A stretch of DNA of 64,000 nt, taken from contig MTMY01000032.1 of the NCBI GenBank assembly GCA_002010215.1, forward strand, positions 1 to 64,000, in the 5' to 3' direction. The position numbers and the translations under genes are program-made. Below, in pieces: positions 1-11,192 of the stretch. This stretch comes from Archaeoglobus sp. JdFR-37 (GTDB lineage Archaea; Halobacteriota; Archaeoglobi; Archaeoglobales; Archaeoglobaceae). The notes beneath the pieces are model-generated. The model saw only the letters and a list, made by a program, of their open reading frames with translations, had not been told where the DNA came from and made no database searches. Each line of letters opens with the position of its first letter. Within the stretch, counting starts at the first letter, position 1.

Positions 1-1065
1 TGGAAGGCGATAAGCGATGCAGGATTTGTTGGTATAGTAATTCCTGAGGAGTACGGTGGGGCAGGAATGGGGATGACTGAGCTGCTGATAGCGATGGAGG
101 AACTTGCAGCCAACGGTTGTGGAATGGCGGGAGTCTGGTATCTAGTTCTAACGGAAGTATTCGGGGCTTTGTCCATCGTGAGGCACGGCACAGAGGAGCA
201 GAAGGAGAAGTACCTGCCAGAAATAGCAAAGGGTAAGCTGGAGTTCTGCATGGCTCTGACTGAACCTGATGCCGGAACCAACACGCTGAACACCAGAACG
301 ACAGCCAGAAAAGAGGGAGATGAGTGGGTAATAAATGGAAACAAGATATTCATTAGCGGTGCTGATAGAGCGAAAGGAATGCTCATAATAGCCCGGACGA
401 CTCCCAGAGAAAAAGCACCAAAGAAGACTCACGGCATAAGCCTTTTCCTAGCTGATCTCCCGAATCCAGCAGTAAAGGTAAATCCGATACCTAAACACGG
501 GATAAACTACTCGAAGACGTGTGAAGTAAGCTTCAACAATCTCAGACTGCCCGAGGATGCTCTCATGCCACCCCAAGATGAAGGATGGTACATGATACTG
601 GACACCCTCAACCCGGAGAGGATGAGTTTCACAGCTGCGGCCGTAGGAATTTCAAGGCTTGCCATAAGCAAGGCTGTTGAATACTCAAAGCAGAGAAAGG
701 TGTTCAATGATGAGCCCATCGGCAGCTATCAGGCTCTACAATTCCCGCTGGCTGAGGCTTACGCAACCCTCGAAACTGCCAAGCTCATGAACTTCAAGGC
801 TGCATGGCTTTTCGACAACAACGCCAGCTACAGAGAAGTTGGAGAAGCTGCCAACATGGCGAAGGTCGTGGCAGTTGAAGCAGGTATAAAAGCTGTTTAC
901 TGGGCAATGCAGACCTTCGGCGGTTATGGCTACACCCGAGAGTACGATGTGGAGAGATGGTGGAGAGAGATCAACCTGATAAGACTCGCTCCAGTAACGC
1001 AGCAGATGGCTCTGGCATACATAGGTGAGCACATTCTGGGAATGCCAAAAAGCTACAGAGCCTGA
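1..1065 (+). CDS. Acyl-CoA dehydrogenase (5' end lies outside the window)
   Basis: Frame is open from base 1 (WKAISDAGFVGIVIPEEYGGAG). ACAD motifs ALTEPDAG, INGNKIFIS, QTFGGYGY..EYDVER. Confidence 0.92.
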   Translation, partial: WKAISDAGFVGIVIPEEYGGAGMGMTELLIAMEELAANGCGMAGVWYLVLTEVFGALSIVRHGTEEQKEKYLPEIAKGKLEFCMALTEPDAGTNTLNTRTTARKEGDEWVINGNKIFISGADRAKGMLIIARTTPREKAPKKTHGISLFLADLPNPAVKVNPIPKHGINYSKTCEVSFNNLRLPEDALMPPQDEGWYMILDTLNPERMSFTAAAVGISRLAISKAVEYSKQRKVFNDEPIGSYQALQFPLAEAYATLETAKLMNFKAAWLFDNNASYREVGEAANMAKVVAVEAGIKAVYWAMQTFGGYGYTREYDVERWWREINLIRLAPVTQQMALAYIGEHILGMPKSYRA

Positions 1066-1103
1066 GATAAAGAGACTGATAAAAAATTCTGGATTTTAAT
1101 TAT

Positions 1104-1490
1104 TTACTCTAATTCAAAAATTTCTTCATTTTTCAAGTCCTGAACTTTGAATACTGCAACCGTTTCATCGTGGAGGGTCAGATAGTACAGAATAACCAGA
1201 CCGATTATAGTGCCGATAGGAAAACTTAGCAGGCTTAAAACTCCCAGCACAATGCCCGCTGTTCTTGCCCACTTGTACATCTCCCAAGTACCGTAAGCAA
1301 CAACTAAATCCAGAAGCCCAAAGAATGCAATAACGCCGCCAACAACTGTTGCGGCCATGAACGGTTTCATTCCGGGTATCGTAGCACCCATTAAAAGCAT
1401 TGCTGCTCCTGCAAGCAGGTTAAGCAGCCCTGAAATGCCGAAAAGTGTGGTTACAACAGTAATGCCGGTTGGTCTCTTCATCCCATTCAC
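1104..1490 (-). CDS. Small membrane protein (3-4 TM), unknown function
   Basis: 128 aa, mostly hydrophobic. KRPTGIT N-terminus and FPIGTIIG..ILYYL C-terminus. Confidence 0.75.
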   Translation of the reverse strand: MNGMKRPTGITVVTTLFGISGLLNLLAGAAMLLMGATIPGMKPFMAATVVGGVIAFFGLLDLVVAYGTWEMYKWARTAGIVLGVLSLLSFPIGTIIGLVILYYLTLHDETVAVFKVQDLKNEEIFELE

Positions 1491-1564
1491 CTTGACATGA
1501 AAGAGAATATTCTAATATTAAAGCTTATCGAAAACCTCATTATCTATGAATTCTTTGCCCACTC

Positions 1565-2362
1565 ATGCATCCATTACTCGAGAAAAAAGGTTTCATCATT
1601 GATGTTGACGGTGTGATTGGTAGAGGCAAAAAGCCAATCAAAGAGGGTGTCGAAGGAGTCAAAAAGCTGATGGAGATTGGGAAGAAGATTATTTTCGTGT
1701 CAAACAATTCTACCAGAAGCAGAAGGATAATGCTCCAGCGATTCAGAGATTATGGACTGAAAATGAATGAAGATCAGCTTTTAATTGCCACTTATGCTAC
1801 AGCCAAATTCATCGCCCGGGAGAAGCCAAATGCCAAGGTGTACACCACAGGAGAGGAAGGTTTGCGGGAAGAACTGAGGCTGGCCGGGCTGGAGATAGTT
1901 GATTACAGGGATGCAGAATATCTGGTAGTTGGTTCCAACAGAGGCATAAACTTTCAGATAATGACAGAGGCTCTCAGGCTGTGCCTTGAAGAGGATGTCA
2001 GATACATTGCCACAAATCCCGATAAGACATTTCCGGCTGAAGATGGCCCAATACCAGGTACAGGAATGATAATAGGTGCCCTTTACTGGATGACAGGTAG
2101 AATGCCGGATATAATAGTCGGCAAACCCTCAAAAGTTATCATGGAAGAAGCTTTACGAATTCTTAACCTAAAAGCTGAAGATGTGGCAGTTATCGGAGAC
2201 CAGATTGATGTAGATGTAGCTGCTGGCAAGACTATTGGAGCCGCGACGGTATTGGTGTTATCAGGCGTGACCACTAGAGAGAACCTTGATGAAATGATAC
2301 AGAAGTTTGGAAAACCAGATTACGTGCTGGAACATCTTGGTGAACTTGTAGAGGGGCAGTAA
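1565..2362 (+). CDS. HAD-IIA phosphatase (NagD/p-nitrophenyl phosphatase-like)
   Basis: DVDGV motif I, SNNS, ATNPD, GKP, IGDQIDVDV motif. Confidence 0.9.
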   Translation: MHPLLEKKGFIIDVDGVIGRGKKPIKEGVEGVKKLMEIGKKIIFVSNNSTRSRRIMLQRFRDYGLKMNEDQLLIATYATAKFIAREKPNAKVYTTGEEGLREELRLAGLEIVDYRDAEYLVVGSNRGINFQIMTEALRLCLEEDVRYIATNPDKTFPAEDGPIPGTGMIIGALYWMTGRMPDIIVGKPSKVIMEEALRILNLKAEDVAVIGDQIDVDVAAGKTIGAATVLVLSGVTTRENLDEMIQKFGKPDYVLEHLGELVEGQ

Positions 2363-2507
2363 TGGAGTGGTAGTGGAGCAGAATCCCTCTGAGGCCACAC
2401 TAGGGCGTTACACTTTCTACACTGGGTGAGGAAGGTGTGAAGCTGTCTGTGAACAGTTAGAATTGCACTTGAACCTCATGATGCACCTTCATCCAAACAC
2501 CTCTTGA

Positions 2508-3260
2508 TTAAAGATTCTGAGCTCCCCTTATCATTTCCTTCATAATTCCTGGCATTTCAACCTCCTCAGCAAGCTTTGCCTCCTCAGGCAGCTCAACCAC
2601 TATTTCATCAAATTTCAGGAAATCCACAGTAGTTTTTGTGATCATCCTCCTGACTTCTCTTTCCCCCGTTTTTTCTAAATAGAATACGTGAGTTGCATTG
2701 ATAAGAATTACGTACTTTGCTGGAAGCTTAGTAGCTTTGTCAATCCAGATTTCAATGGATGTGTTCCCATGGCTTTCGATTCTGATTCCTTTTTTCTCCT
2801 TTATTCTTTCAGTTGAATTCTCTGCTCTGTAAATGACATATCCTCCATTTTCACCATTCGCTACAAGCTGGAAGTCGCTCACATTGATTTTCTCCAGTTT
2901 AGAGAGCTCATCGTAACTTTGCCAGAAGAATTCGAACTCTTCCTGACTCAACTTAGTTTTCTTCCATCCTTGGTCTTTGAAGTAAATCTCACTATCCAGC
3001 AGAAACATCTGCTGTCCCCTCTGTCCCTGCATTTCTGCATGCAGCCTTTTGTTTACTCTATCAACCTCAATAACCCAACCACTTACCCCGGTTGTTGTCA
3101 AGTCTGGGCCGGCCATTTCGATGGTTACCTCAGCCCTGTATCCTCTGACGTCCTCAATTTTGACGAGCATTTCTTGGAGATAGTCCTGGCTTTGCTGAAT
3201 GCATCCGAGTAGAATAGTTGAGAGAGTCATTGCAAGGATTAAACTCACCCTCACATTCAT
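2508..3260 (-). CDS. Putative lipoprotein, possibly LolA/LppX-like fold
   Basis: Signal peptide with lipobox LLGC. IWIDKATKLP and C-terminal VELPEEA resemble LolA-like archaeal lipoproteins; the fold is inferred. Confidence 0.65.
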   Translation of the reverse strand: MNVRVSLILAMTLSTILLGCIQQSQDYLQEMLVKIEDVRGYRAEVTIEMAGPDLTTTGVSGWVIEVDRVNKRLHAEMQGQRGQQMFLLDSEIYFKDQGWKKTKLSQEEFEFFWQSYDELSKLEKINVSDFQLVANGENGGYVIYRAENSTERIKEKKGIRIESHGNTSIEIWIDKATKLPAKYVILINATHVFYLEKTGEREVRRMITKTTVDFLKFDEIVVELPEEAKLAEEVEMPGIMKEMIRGAQNL

Positions 3261-3408
3261 TCTTGCAATTATCCACTCATCATATATATAACAATTCTGA
3301 CCATGTTTTGAGAATATAATTTTATTTTAATATTCTCAGTTTGGTTTAAACTTGAATTAGTGAAGATATATAGATGAGATTCAAGAAGCCCATCAAACAA
3401 GTCAAAAA

Positions 3409-4765
<1,357 letters not shown>

Positions 4766-4803
4766 TCAAATCTGAAGAAAACTGATCTAACGATTTCAGA
4801 ACT

Positions 4804-5094
4804 TCAGAATTTCAGATACCCTTTAGCATCCAGCCACTCAACCTGGGGGTTGGTGTATCGCCATACAACATCTGCTCTTTCATCCTGGAAGGACCACGGA
4901 ACGATAATAACTACATCCCCCTCCCTTATCCAGATTTTCTTCCTCATCTTCCCCGGAATCCTTGCAAGTCGCTCCTTCCCATCTTCACATCTTACTTTAA
5001 TGTGTCCCGCACCCAACATGGATTCCACGATAGCGAACATCTCGCCTTTTTTTCTGTCAGGCAACTTTACCCTGACAATTTCCTCATCTGCCAG
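4804..5094 (-). CDS. eif1a: Translation initiation factor aIF-1A (probable CTG start at 5094; alternative TTG at 5064)
   Basis: CEDGKERLARIPGKMRKKIWIREGD..PW...DVVWRYT. Frame continues upstream as LADEEIVRVK behind a GGGGTGA SD. Confidence 0.93.
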   Translation of the reverse strand: MADEEIVRVKLPDRKKGEMFAIVESMLGAGHIKVRCEDGKERLARIPGKMRKKIWIREGDVVIIVPWSFQDERADVVWRYTNPQVEWLDAKGYLKF

Positions 5095-5098
5095 ACAA

Positions 5099-6067
5099 TC
5101 ACCCCTCCACGAGTTTTTCTCTTGTATTTTCCAGTATTTTGTTTAAATAATTTGCTACAGCCTTCTTTAAATCAAGCGGGTGGAGATTGCCTGTCAGATA
5201 GTCATTTTCAAGCTGAGAGTAGGTTTCATACTCTACATCGCCGCCAAATCTGGCGTCTCTCTCAACAACAACCTTATCAAACCGTGGAAAGACATGATAT
5301 TTGGCAATCTGCAAAATTGGATTACCTTCCACAACCTTAGCCGGACAGAAAGCCTTCAGAATTTTGTTCTCAACTTCCTCCTTCCCGTCTTTCACGGAGA
5401 TGTAATTCCCCTTAGAGGAGCTCATTTTCTCTCCATCCAGGCCTACCAGTATTGGGGTGTGAAGGCAGACCGGCGATGGGTAACCGAGCCTTGGCAGGTT
5501 CTCTCTGGCCAGCATATGGATTTTCCTCTGATCCATTCCCCCCACAGCCAAATCAACGCCGAGATGAGCGATGTCAAGGGACTGCATAAGTGGGTAAATC
5601 ATCTGGGAGACCATGGGGTCCTCTTTTCTCCTGCTAACCTCATCCATACTTCTTCTTGCCCTGTTGATGGTGGTAATTCTGGCCATTTTCAGCACATCCA
5701 GCACGTATTCCTCGTCCAGCTGGAAATCTCTTCCCAGCACGAATTTTGCTTTACTTTCATCAAGCCCAAGTGCTATAAAGGCACGCTTGTTGTAGTCAGC
5801 CACCTCTCTGATCTCCTCAAAACTTCCTTTCTCATTCAGATAAGCGTGAATGTCAGCAAGAAGAACGATAATCTGGAATCCGGCCTTTTGTAAATCCATC
5901 AACTTATTGACTGTGAGCATGTGACCGAGATGAATCTCACCACTGGGCTCATACCCAACATAAGCAACGGGCTTCTCTTTTGATTCCAGAAGCTGCCTGA
6001 GCTCCTCCTCAGTCACAATTTCCTCGGCATTTCTTTTCACAAGCGCTATTCTCTCTTCAATATCCAT
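5099..6067 (-). CDS. tyrS: Tyrosine-tRNA ligase (archaeal)
   Basis: YVGYEPSG, HLGH, YPLMQ, GGMDQRKIH, KMSSS. Start placed at ATG 6067. Confidence 0.95.
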   Translation of the reverse strand: MDIEERIALVKRNAEEIVTEEELRQLLESKEKPVAYVGYEPSGEIHLGHMLTVNKLMDLQKAGFQIIVLLADIHAYLNEKGSFEEIREVADYNKRAFIALGLDESKAKFVLGRDFQLDEEYVLDVLKMARITTINRARRSMDEVSRRKEDPMVSQMIYPLMQSLDIAHLGVDLAVGGMDQRKIHMLARENLPRLGYPSPVCLHTPILVGLDGEKMSSSKGNYISVKDGKEEVENKILKAFCPAKVVEGNPILQIAKYHVFPRFDKVVVERDARFGGDVEYETYSQLENDYLTGNLHPLDLKKAVANYLNKILENTREKLVEG

Positions 6068-6214
6068 GGTTGTAAGGAGTCTACAATTGATTTTTAAAGC
6101 TTTGGAACCTAGTTGGAATAGGAAGTGGATTGAAGAAATTGAAGAAGTCAAACTCTGAGGTCTACTCAACTCTAACACAAAATTTTTAATTCCTCAATGA
6201 TTACTGCAAAAAGA

Positions 6215-6298
6215 GCGGGGGTTGCCGAGTCAGGAAAAGGCGCGGGATTCAGGGTCCCGTCCCGTAGGGGTCCGAGGGTTCAAATCCCTCCCCCCGCA
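6215..6298 (+). tRNA. tRNA-Leu(CAG)
   Basis: GCGGGGG/CCCCCGC acceptor stem, anticodon loop TTCAGGG, long variable arm, GGTTCAAATCC T-arm. CCA not encoded. Confidence 0.95.
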
Positions 6299-6373
6299 CT
6301 AATTTACCGATAAATTATAGATAAGGAAGAGGATTCTGTTATCTGACAACTACCAATCCCAATTAAGCTCAAT

Positions 6374-7958
6374 TCAGCTTGCACCCAAACCCGGGAACTC
6401 TGGATGATCAGGCATTGAGCGAAAATGTGCTTCCAGAGCCGCCATCACTGCCAGTACCACATCCTCTCTCCAGTGACGGGCAACCACTTGAACGCCAACC
6501 GGCAAACCGGCGCTACCTCTCTCCACAGCCTTTGCCGTGATGTCTGCCATATCTTTACTCACTTTTCTGTCGCTTTCCTCGCCAGGACGCACCCGAGTTG
6601 CTGCCACCACTCCTGCTGGTGCACCGATCACGTTGTACATGAGGGTATAGCTCAAAGCTGGAAAGAGGTGTTCACTGCTTCCATGAGTAATGGCCCGGAA
6701 GTGGAAACGGCGGACAGAGAATAGCATCAAAGCCGCCCTCATCCAGCAGGCTGTGGAAGTGGGCCCGGTATTCAGTGCGTGCTTCTACCAGCTCCCAGTA
6801 CTTCTCCGTTGACCGTTGACCCATGCATTGAATCATGTGGGCAGTGTAACGCTGACCGCGTGCAGCCATCAGCTTCTGAACAATTGACATTATGAAAGGC
6901 GGCGTCGAAAGCCCCTGAAACATCCCTGCAACCTGTGGAATGGGTTTCTCATTCCCAAGCAAACGTTCGTAGTCTTTACCCCCGCCAGATGAGACAGCCC
7001 CCAGAAATATCCGCACAGCCTCAGCAGCATCGGGAGGTGTGAACGAATCAACAGTAGCACCCAGATTCTTCATGGCTTCAGCAGCCTCTTTAACTGCACG
7101 TCTCAGAGCCGGCGAAGCAGGAAAGTAGCCGTTGTCGGTGTAAAAGCCAATGTGAAGGTCTTCAACGCTTATCTTACTCGGATCAGGCCATGGAACAGGG
7201 GGAACAAGATCATGGGTTGCATTCAGAGATGTTTCTGCCAATACTGACATTGCCAGCTGAAGATCAGCAACGGTGCGAGCAATGGGTCCTGGCTGTGGAA
7301 TGAATACTTCCTGGCCGTACCCCAGCAAACCGGTAGCGAAATCGTCATTTGTGAGTCTGCCAGAAGTGGGCTTCAGGCCATGGAGTCCACAGAAGTGGGC
7401 AGGGATGCGAGTACTTCCACCGAAGTCACCGGCCAAACCAAGAACAGAGCCGCCAGCAGCGATAATGGCAGCTTCACCTCCACTGCTCCCACCTGGCGTG
7501 CGATCCAGATTCCAAGGGTTATTGGAACGGCCATAAACCCGGTTATAGCTCTCAAAACCTGCCAGGGTCTGGATGATGTTCGTCTTACCCAAAATAATTG
7601 CGCCCGCTTCACGAAGCTTCTTCACCAATGGACCTTCGTCGTTGTAGACATTGCCGATTTTGTTTGTTGCTCCAAGAGTTGTCTGTGTCCCAGCAACGCG
7701 GTACTGCTCCTTGATTGTCACCGGAACTCCATGCAGCGGGCCAAGCGGTTCACCACTGGATTGTTTTTCGTCCAGTTCCTTCGCCTGAGCCCGAGCTTGG
7801 TCGAATAGCGGAATGACCAGTGCGTTGAGCTGCGGGTTCATCTCTTCAACCCTACAAATATGTGCCTCAACAACCTCAACAGCACTCACTTCTCCAGATT
7901 TTATTTTATTTACAATCTCAACCGCACCGAGTTTTGTCAATCCTTTTGCAAAACTCAC
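6374..7958 (-). pseudogene. Amidase-signature (FAAH-like) amidase split by a 1-nt frameshift near 6694-6696
   Basis: VTIKE, GGSSGG, DFGGSTRIPA triad motifs in 6672..7958. The C-terminal GLPVGVQVV is in another frame (6374..6742). Removing one G from CCGGGCC joins ...PPFPLP-AITHGSS... Confidence 0.85.
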
Positions 7959-8132
7959 CCTTCCAACTCCAAGTTTTATTTAACTTTATTTTATGTAAAT
8001 CTTTCGAGGTAATGACTGATTAAATATAATTAAACAAACAACATATAATACAAAATTTAAAAAATTGTATAGATGTTAGCCGCAGTATGTCTGCTTTAAT
8101 CCACTTACCGTGACTTAAATGTTCTGGCAACC

Positions 8133-9434
8133 TTAATACGGCAAACCATAGTGTTCCACAGCCATATCCGCAATTCCTAGCTTTTCGAGAATTCTCAACG
8201 GCACCTGCATTGAAACCTGAACTATTCCCGGCAATCTACCTATTTCGACAGCTCCCGTGATGGTTACACGGTTCAGAACTTCTTCAAGCTTCATTCCAAA
8301 GAGTTTGGCTGCCCTCTCAAAACCTCTGGTGGCAGCTTCATTTATCGTGGGCCCAGAACCGATGATTTGCAAAGGCGCAACTGGCTCGGCCTCAATTCCG
8401 TTCTTCCTTGCAAGACTTTCCACTCTCTCCCACTCATCCTTCCTCCATGGCTTTGCAAGGGACGGCAGATCTTCTTCAGGAGGCAGCAAAACTGGGCCTT
8501 CAAGTGTTAGCCCTTTCAAAACTGAAACGGTGACAGTAGTTTCGGCAGAAACGTCGGCAGTATGTCCGGCAACCTCCCCATCCCCCTGCATGGCGTGGAC
8601 ATCACCAGCGTAAACACCTCCACCATCCACCTTCACCGGAGCGATCACTATACTGCCCTCTCTGACAGAATCTACGTCCAGATGACCATCTGTTAGGGCT
8701 ATCTCATACTGTTCCTTCGTTATGGCAAACTTGTGCGGAGCTCCTATGAGAAAGGTTCCGAAGTCTCCCGCATTATGGGAGTCGGGAATGTTCACAGCAG
8801 GAATGGTGCCAAGCTGCCCAAGATGAGGGCGAAGGCGAGAAACCATCCCAAGGATGTCGGCTTTCCCGAACACCACCACTGGTACCTGCTTCGAATTTTT
8901 CGGTAAAGCTGAAAACTCCCAGGCTTTTTCTGCGATGTTTCTGGCTGCTTTTTCATCAACTGAGATGGCCAGTCCACTGTCAATCACAAGAGTATAGCCA
9001 TGAACCATTCTGAAAGGAGATGCTGGAGCACCGCACTTCTTGCATTTTATCGCTTCCTGCCCGATTCCTTCAACCTCAAAATCTGGCCACATCTCACCGC
9101 AGCCGGGGCACTTCTTTGCTACAAATGGGTCTCCAACAAAGGCTCCTTCTACCGGCTGATCCACTCCAGAGCTTGAAGCCTTCGACAATACTTCCACCTT
9201 TTCCACCCTGATGGCAATAGCATCTCCCACCTCTGCACCTTCAACCTCCACCGGCACAGCAACCTCATGCCCGCCTTTAATGTTGGGAGTTATCATTGGC
9301 CCCCAGCATCCTGGAGAAGTCACAAAAACGATTTTACCTCCATCTACCACCTTTCCAAGCTTTTTTACATCTGGCCCGATGATGCCGTCGGTCAGCATAT
9401 CGTTATAGATTACATCTTCTACGTTTTCTGGCAT
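8133..9434 (-). CDS. Acetamidase/formamidase family protein with a Zn-ribbon insert
   Basis: PVEVEGAEVGD, GHLD, GDVHAMQGDGEV. CPGC...CKKC insert. Confidence 0.85.
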   Translation of the reverse strand: MPENVEDVIYNDMLTDGIIGPDVKKLGKVVDGGKIVFVTSPGCWGPMITPNIKGGHEVAVPVEVEGAEVGDAIAIRVEKVEVLSKASSSGVDQPVEGAFVGDPFVAKKCPGCGEMWPDFEVEGIGQEAIKCKKCGAPASPFRMVHGYTLVIDSGLAISVDEKAARNIAEKAWEFSALPKNSKQVPVVVFGKADILGMVSRLRPHLGQLGTIPAVNIPDSHNAGDFGTFLIGAPHKFAITKEQYEIALTDGHLDVDSVREGSIVIAPVKVDGGGVYAGDVHAMQGDGEVAGHTADVSAETTVTVSVLKGLTLEGPVLLPPEEDLPSLAKPWRKDEWERVESLARKNGIEAEPVAPLQIIGSGPTINEAATRGFERAAKLFGMKLEEVLNRVTITGAVEIGRLPGIVQVSMQVPLRILEKLGIADMAVEHYGLPY

Positions 9435-9654
9435 AATTCTAGATCATGATTAAACAATATAAATCATTTGCAGATGGATTGATTTAGCTTAAAAATGTCC
9501 TCATTAAGAATAAACATAAAAATAAATAAGTCTGTACAATAAATTAATATAATTTAGATTAGAGAAATAGATTGACAAACTAGCAAGTCTTTAGACTTCA
9601 CGAAGTTATTTTTGAAAAAAATAGGAAGCTTTTCCTCACAATTTAAGAATAAAG

Positions 9655-9729
9655 CGGACCCGGCGGGATTTGAACCCGCGATCTGCAGCTTAGGAGGCTG
9701 CCGCCTTATCCATGCTAGGCTACGGGTCC
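9655..9729 (-). tRNA. tRNA-Arg(CCT)
   Basis: Reverse complement reads GGACCCG...GCAGC-CTCCTAA-GCTGC...GGTTCAAATCC...CGGGTCCG. Confidence 0.95.
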
Positions 9730-9880
9730 TTTTGGCATCGGAGTATCTGGCAACTCTAAGGCCACTCATTGTTTATTTAAAACTTGTGTTCAGCCCTGTT
9801 TAGTTGTATTAGTTGTATCATTGCACCTATTCTGGCAGCCAGCATGGGTCCATTGATTCATAACCCACAACCTATCGACA

Positions 9881-10558
9881 TCACAGCATCATAAATTTCT
9901 TAAGCTTCCCGAAAACCTTCATGGGCTCCACCACCCTCACACTGTAAGCCAGCTGGCCACCCAGAAGAAGAGTTACGGAATCTGCATAAACCAGCAAATC
10001 CTCTACCCTCTCATGACTTATCAGGGCGATGCCCACCCCATCCTCCTTCATCTCAACAATCTTCATCAGCATTCTGTCGGCAGCTTCACCGCTCAGACCT
10101 TGAAACGGTTCATCGAGCAAGAGATGTGTTGGTTTTGCCGTCAATGCTCTGGCAAAGACAACCATCTGTCTCTCTCCACCGCTCAGCGTGCCCGCTTTTT
10201 GCCTCATCAGCCTCCTGAGATCTGGAAAAACCGAAATCACATCCTTAGAAACCTTCCCTGCTATTTTCAAATTCTCTTCAACCGTCAATTTCTCAGCCAC
10301 CCTCATTCTCTCAGGCGCTAGAACAATGCCTTTTCTGAACCTGAAATGAGCAGGCTTGGATGTCACATCTTCCCCATCATAAAGTACCTTTCCCGAATCG
10401 GGTTTTACAAGCCCGGCAAAGACCTTGAAAAGAGTTGACTTTCCACTGCCATTGGGCCCAACAAGCAGGCTGAGTTCCCCTTTCTCAACTTCAAAATTCA
10501 CATCATCAAGAACTTTTTTGCCGTTATAAACAACTGTAACACCTTCAGCTTTTAGCAT
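9881..10558 (-). CDS. livF: Branched-chain amino acid-type ABC transporter ATPase (LivF-like)
   Basis: GPNGSGKS, AGTLSGGERQM, LLLDEP. Confidence 0.85.
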   Translation of the reverse strand: MLKAEGVTVVYNGKKVLDDVNFEVEKGELSLLVGPNGSGKSTLFKVFAGLVKPDSGKVLYDGEDVTSKPAHFRFRKGIVLAPERMRVAEKLTVEENLKIAGKVSKDVISVFPDLRRLMRQKAGTLSGGERQMVVFARALTAKPTHLLLDEPFQGLSGEAADRMLMKIVEMKEDGVGIALISHERVEDLLVYADSVTLLLGGQLAYSVRVVEPMKVFGKLKKFMML

Positions 10559-11192
10559 GAAGCATCCCACCTCTCATCTCAGCAAAAGTATCTGCAATCT
10601 CTCTGAGAATTCTCATCCTGTGGGCAGTAATTATCATTGCATAACCATCTTTTTTGAGCTCTATCACTTTATCCCTCACAGTTAAGGCGTTTTTCATATC
10701 AAGAGCAGCAAAAGGCTCATCCAGAAGCAGCACTGCCGGTTCCGTTGAAAGAGCTTTTGCAATCTCAAGAAGCTTGAGCTCTCCCTGGGAAAGTTGTGAT
10801 GCTTTCCTTTCAGCCAGATGCACTATTCCAAGCTTTCTCAATATATCCTCAGTCCTTTTTTTAGCTTCCTTTTTGGAATATCTCAGCAGACACCCTACCA
10901 TCACGTTTTCGAATACACTCATTTCCCTGAAAGGTCTGGGAATCTGGAAAGCGTAACAGATACCCTTCTCAACAACTTCTTCCACATCCAGAAAGGTGAT
11001 ATCAGTGTCTCCGAAAACTATTCTTCCACAATCTGGCTTGATGATTCCAGCTATAACTTTCAGCAACGTTGACTTCCCGCTACCGTTTGGGCCGAATATT
11101 CCCATCACTTCGCCCTCATCCAGCTCCAGATTCACATCCCTGACTATGATACGGTGATTGATGGACTTTGAGATACTCTTAACCCTGAGCAT
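10545..11192 (-). CDS. livG: ABC transporter ATPase (LivG-like)
   Basis: GPNGSGKS, FQIPRPF..MSVFENV, LEIAKAL, LLLDEP. Confidence 0.85.
   Translation of the reverse strand: MLRVKSISKSINHRIIVRDVNLELDEGEVMGIFGPNGSGKSTLLKVIAGIIKPDCGRIVFGDTDITFLDVEEVVEKGICYAFQIPRPFREMSVFENVMVGCLLRYSKKEAKKRTEDILRKLGIVHLAERKASQLSQGELKLLEIAKALSTEPAVLLLDEPFAALDMKNALTVRDKVIELKKDGYAMIITAHRMRILREIADTFAEMRGGMLHAKS

Noticed and set aside
2375..2435. Minus-strand frame TQCRKCNALVWPQRD resembling a DUF35 Zn ribbon
   Set aside because: No start and too short to call.
3309..3338. 9-bp inverted repeat TGAGAATAT-N12-ATATTCTCA
   Set aside because: Very AT-rich, with no supporting recurrence; could be an operator but unsupported.
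9554..9803. Short ORFs on both strands
   Set aside because: They overlie tRNA-Arg.
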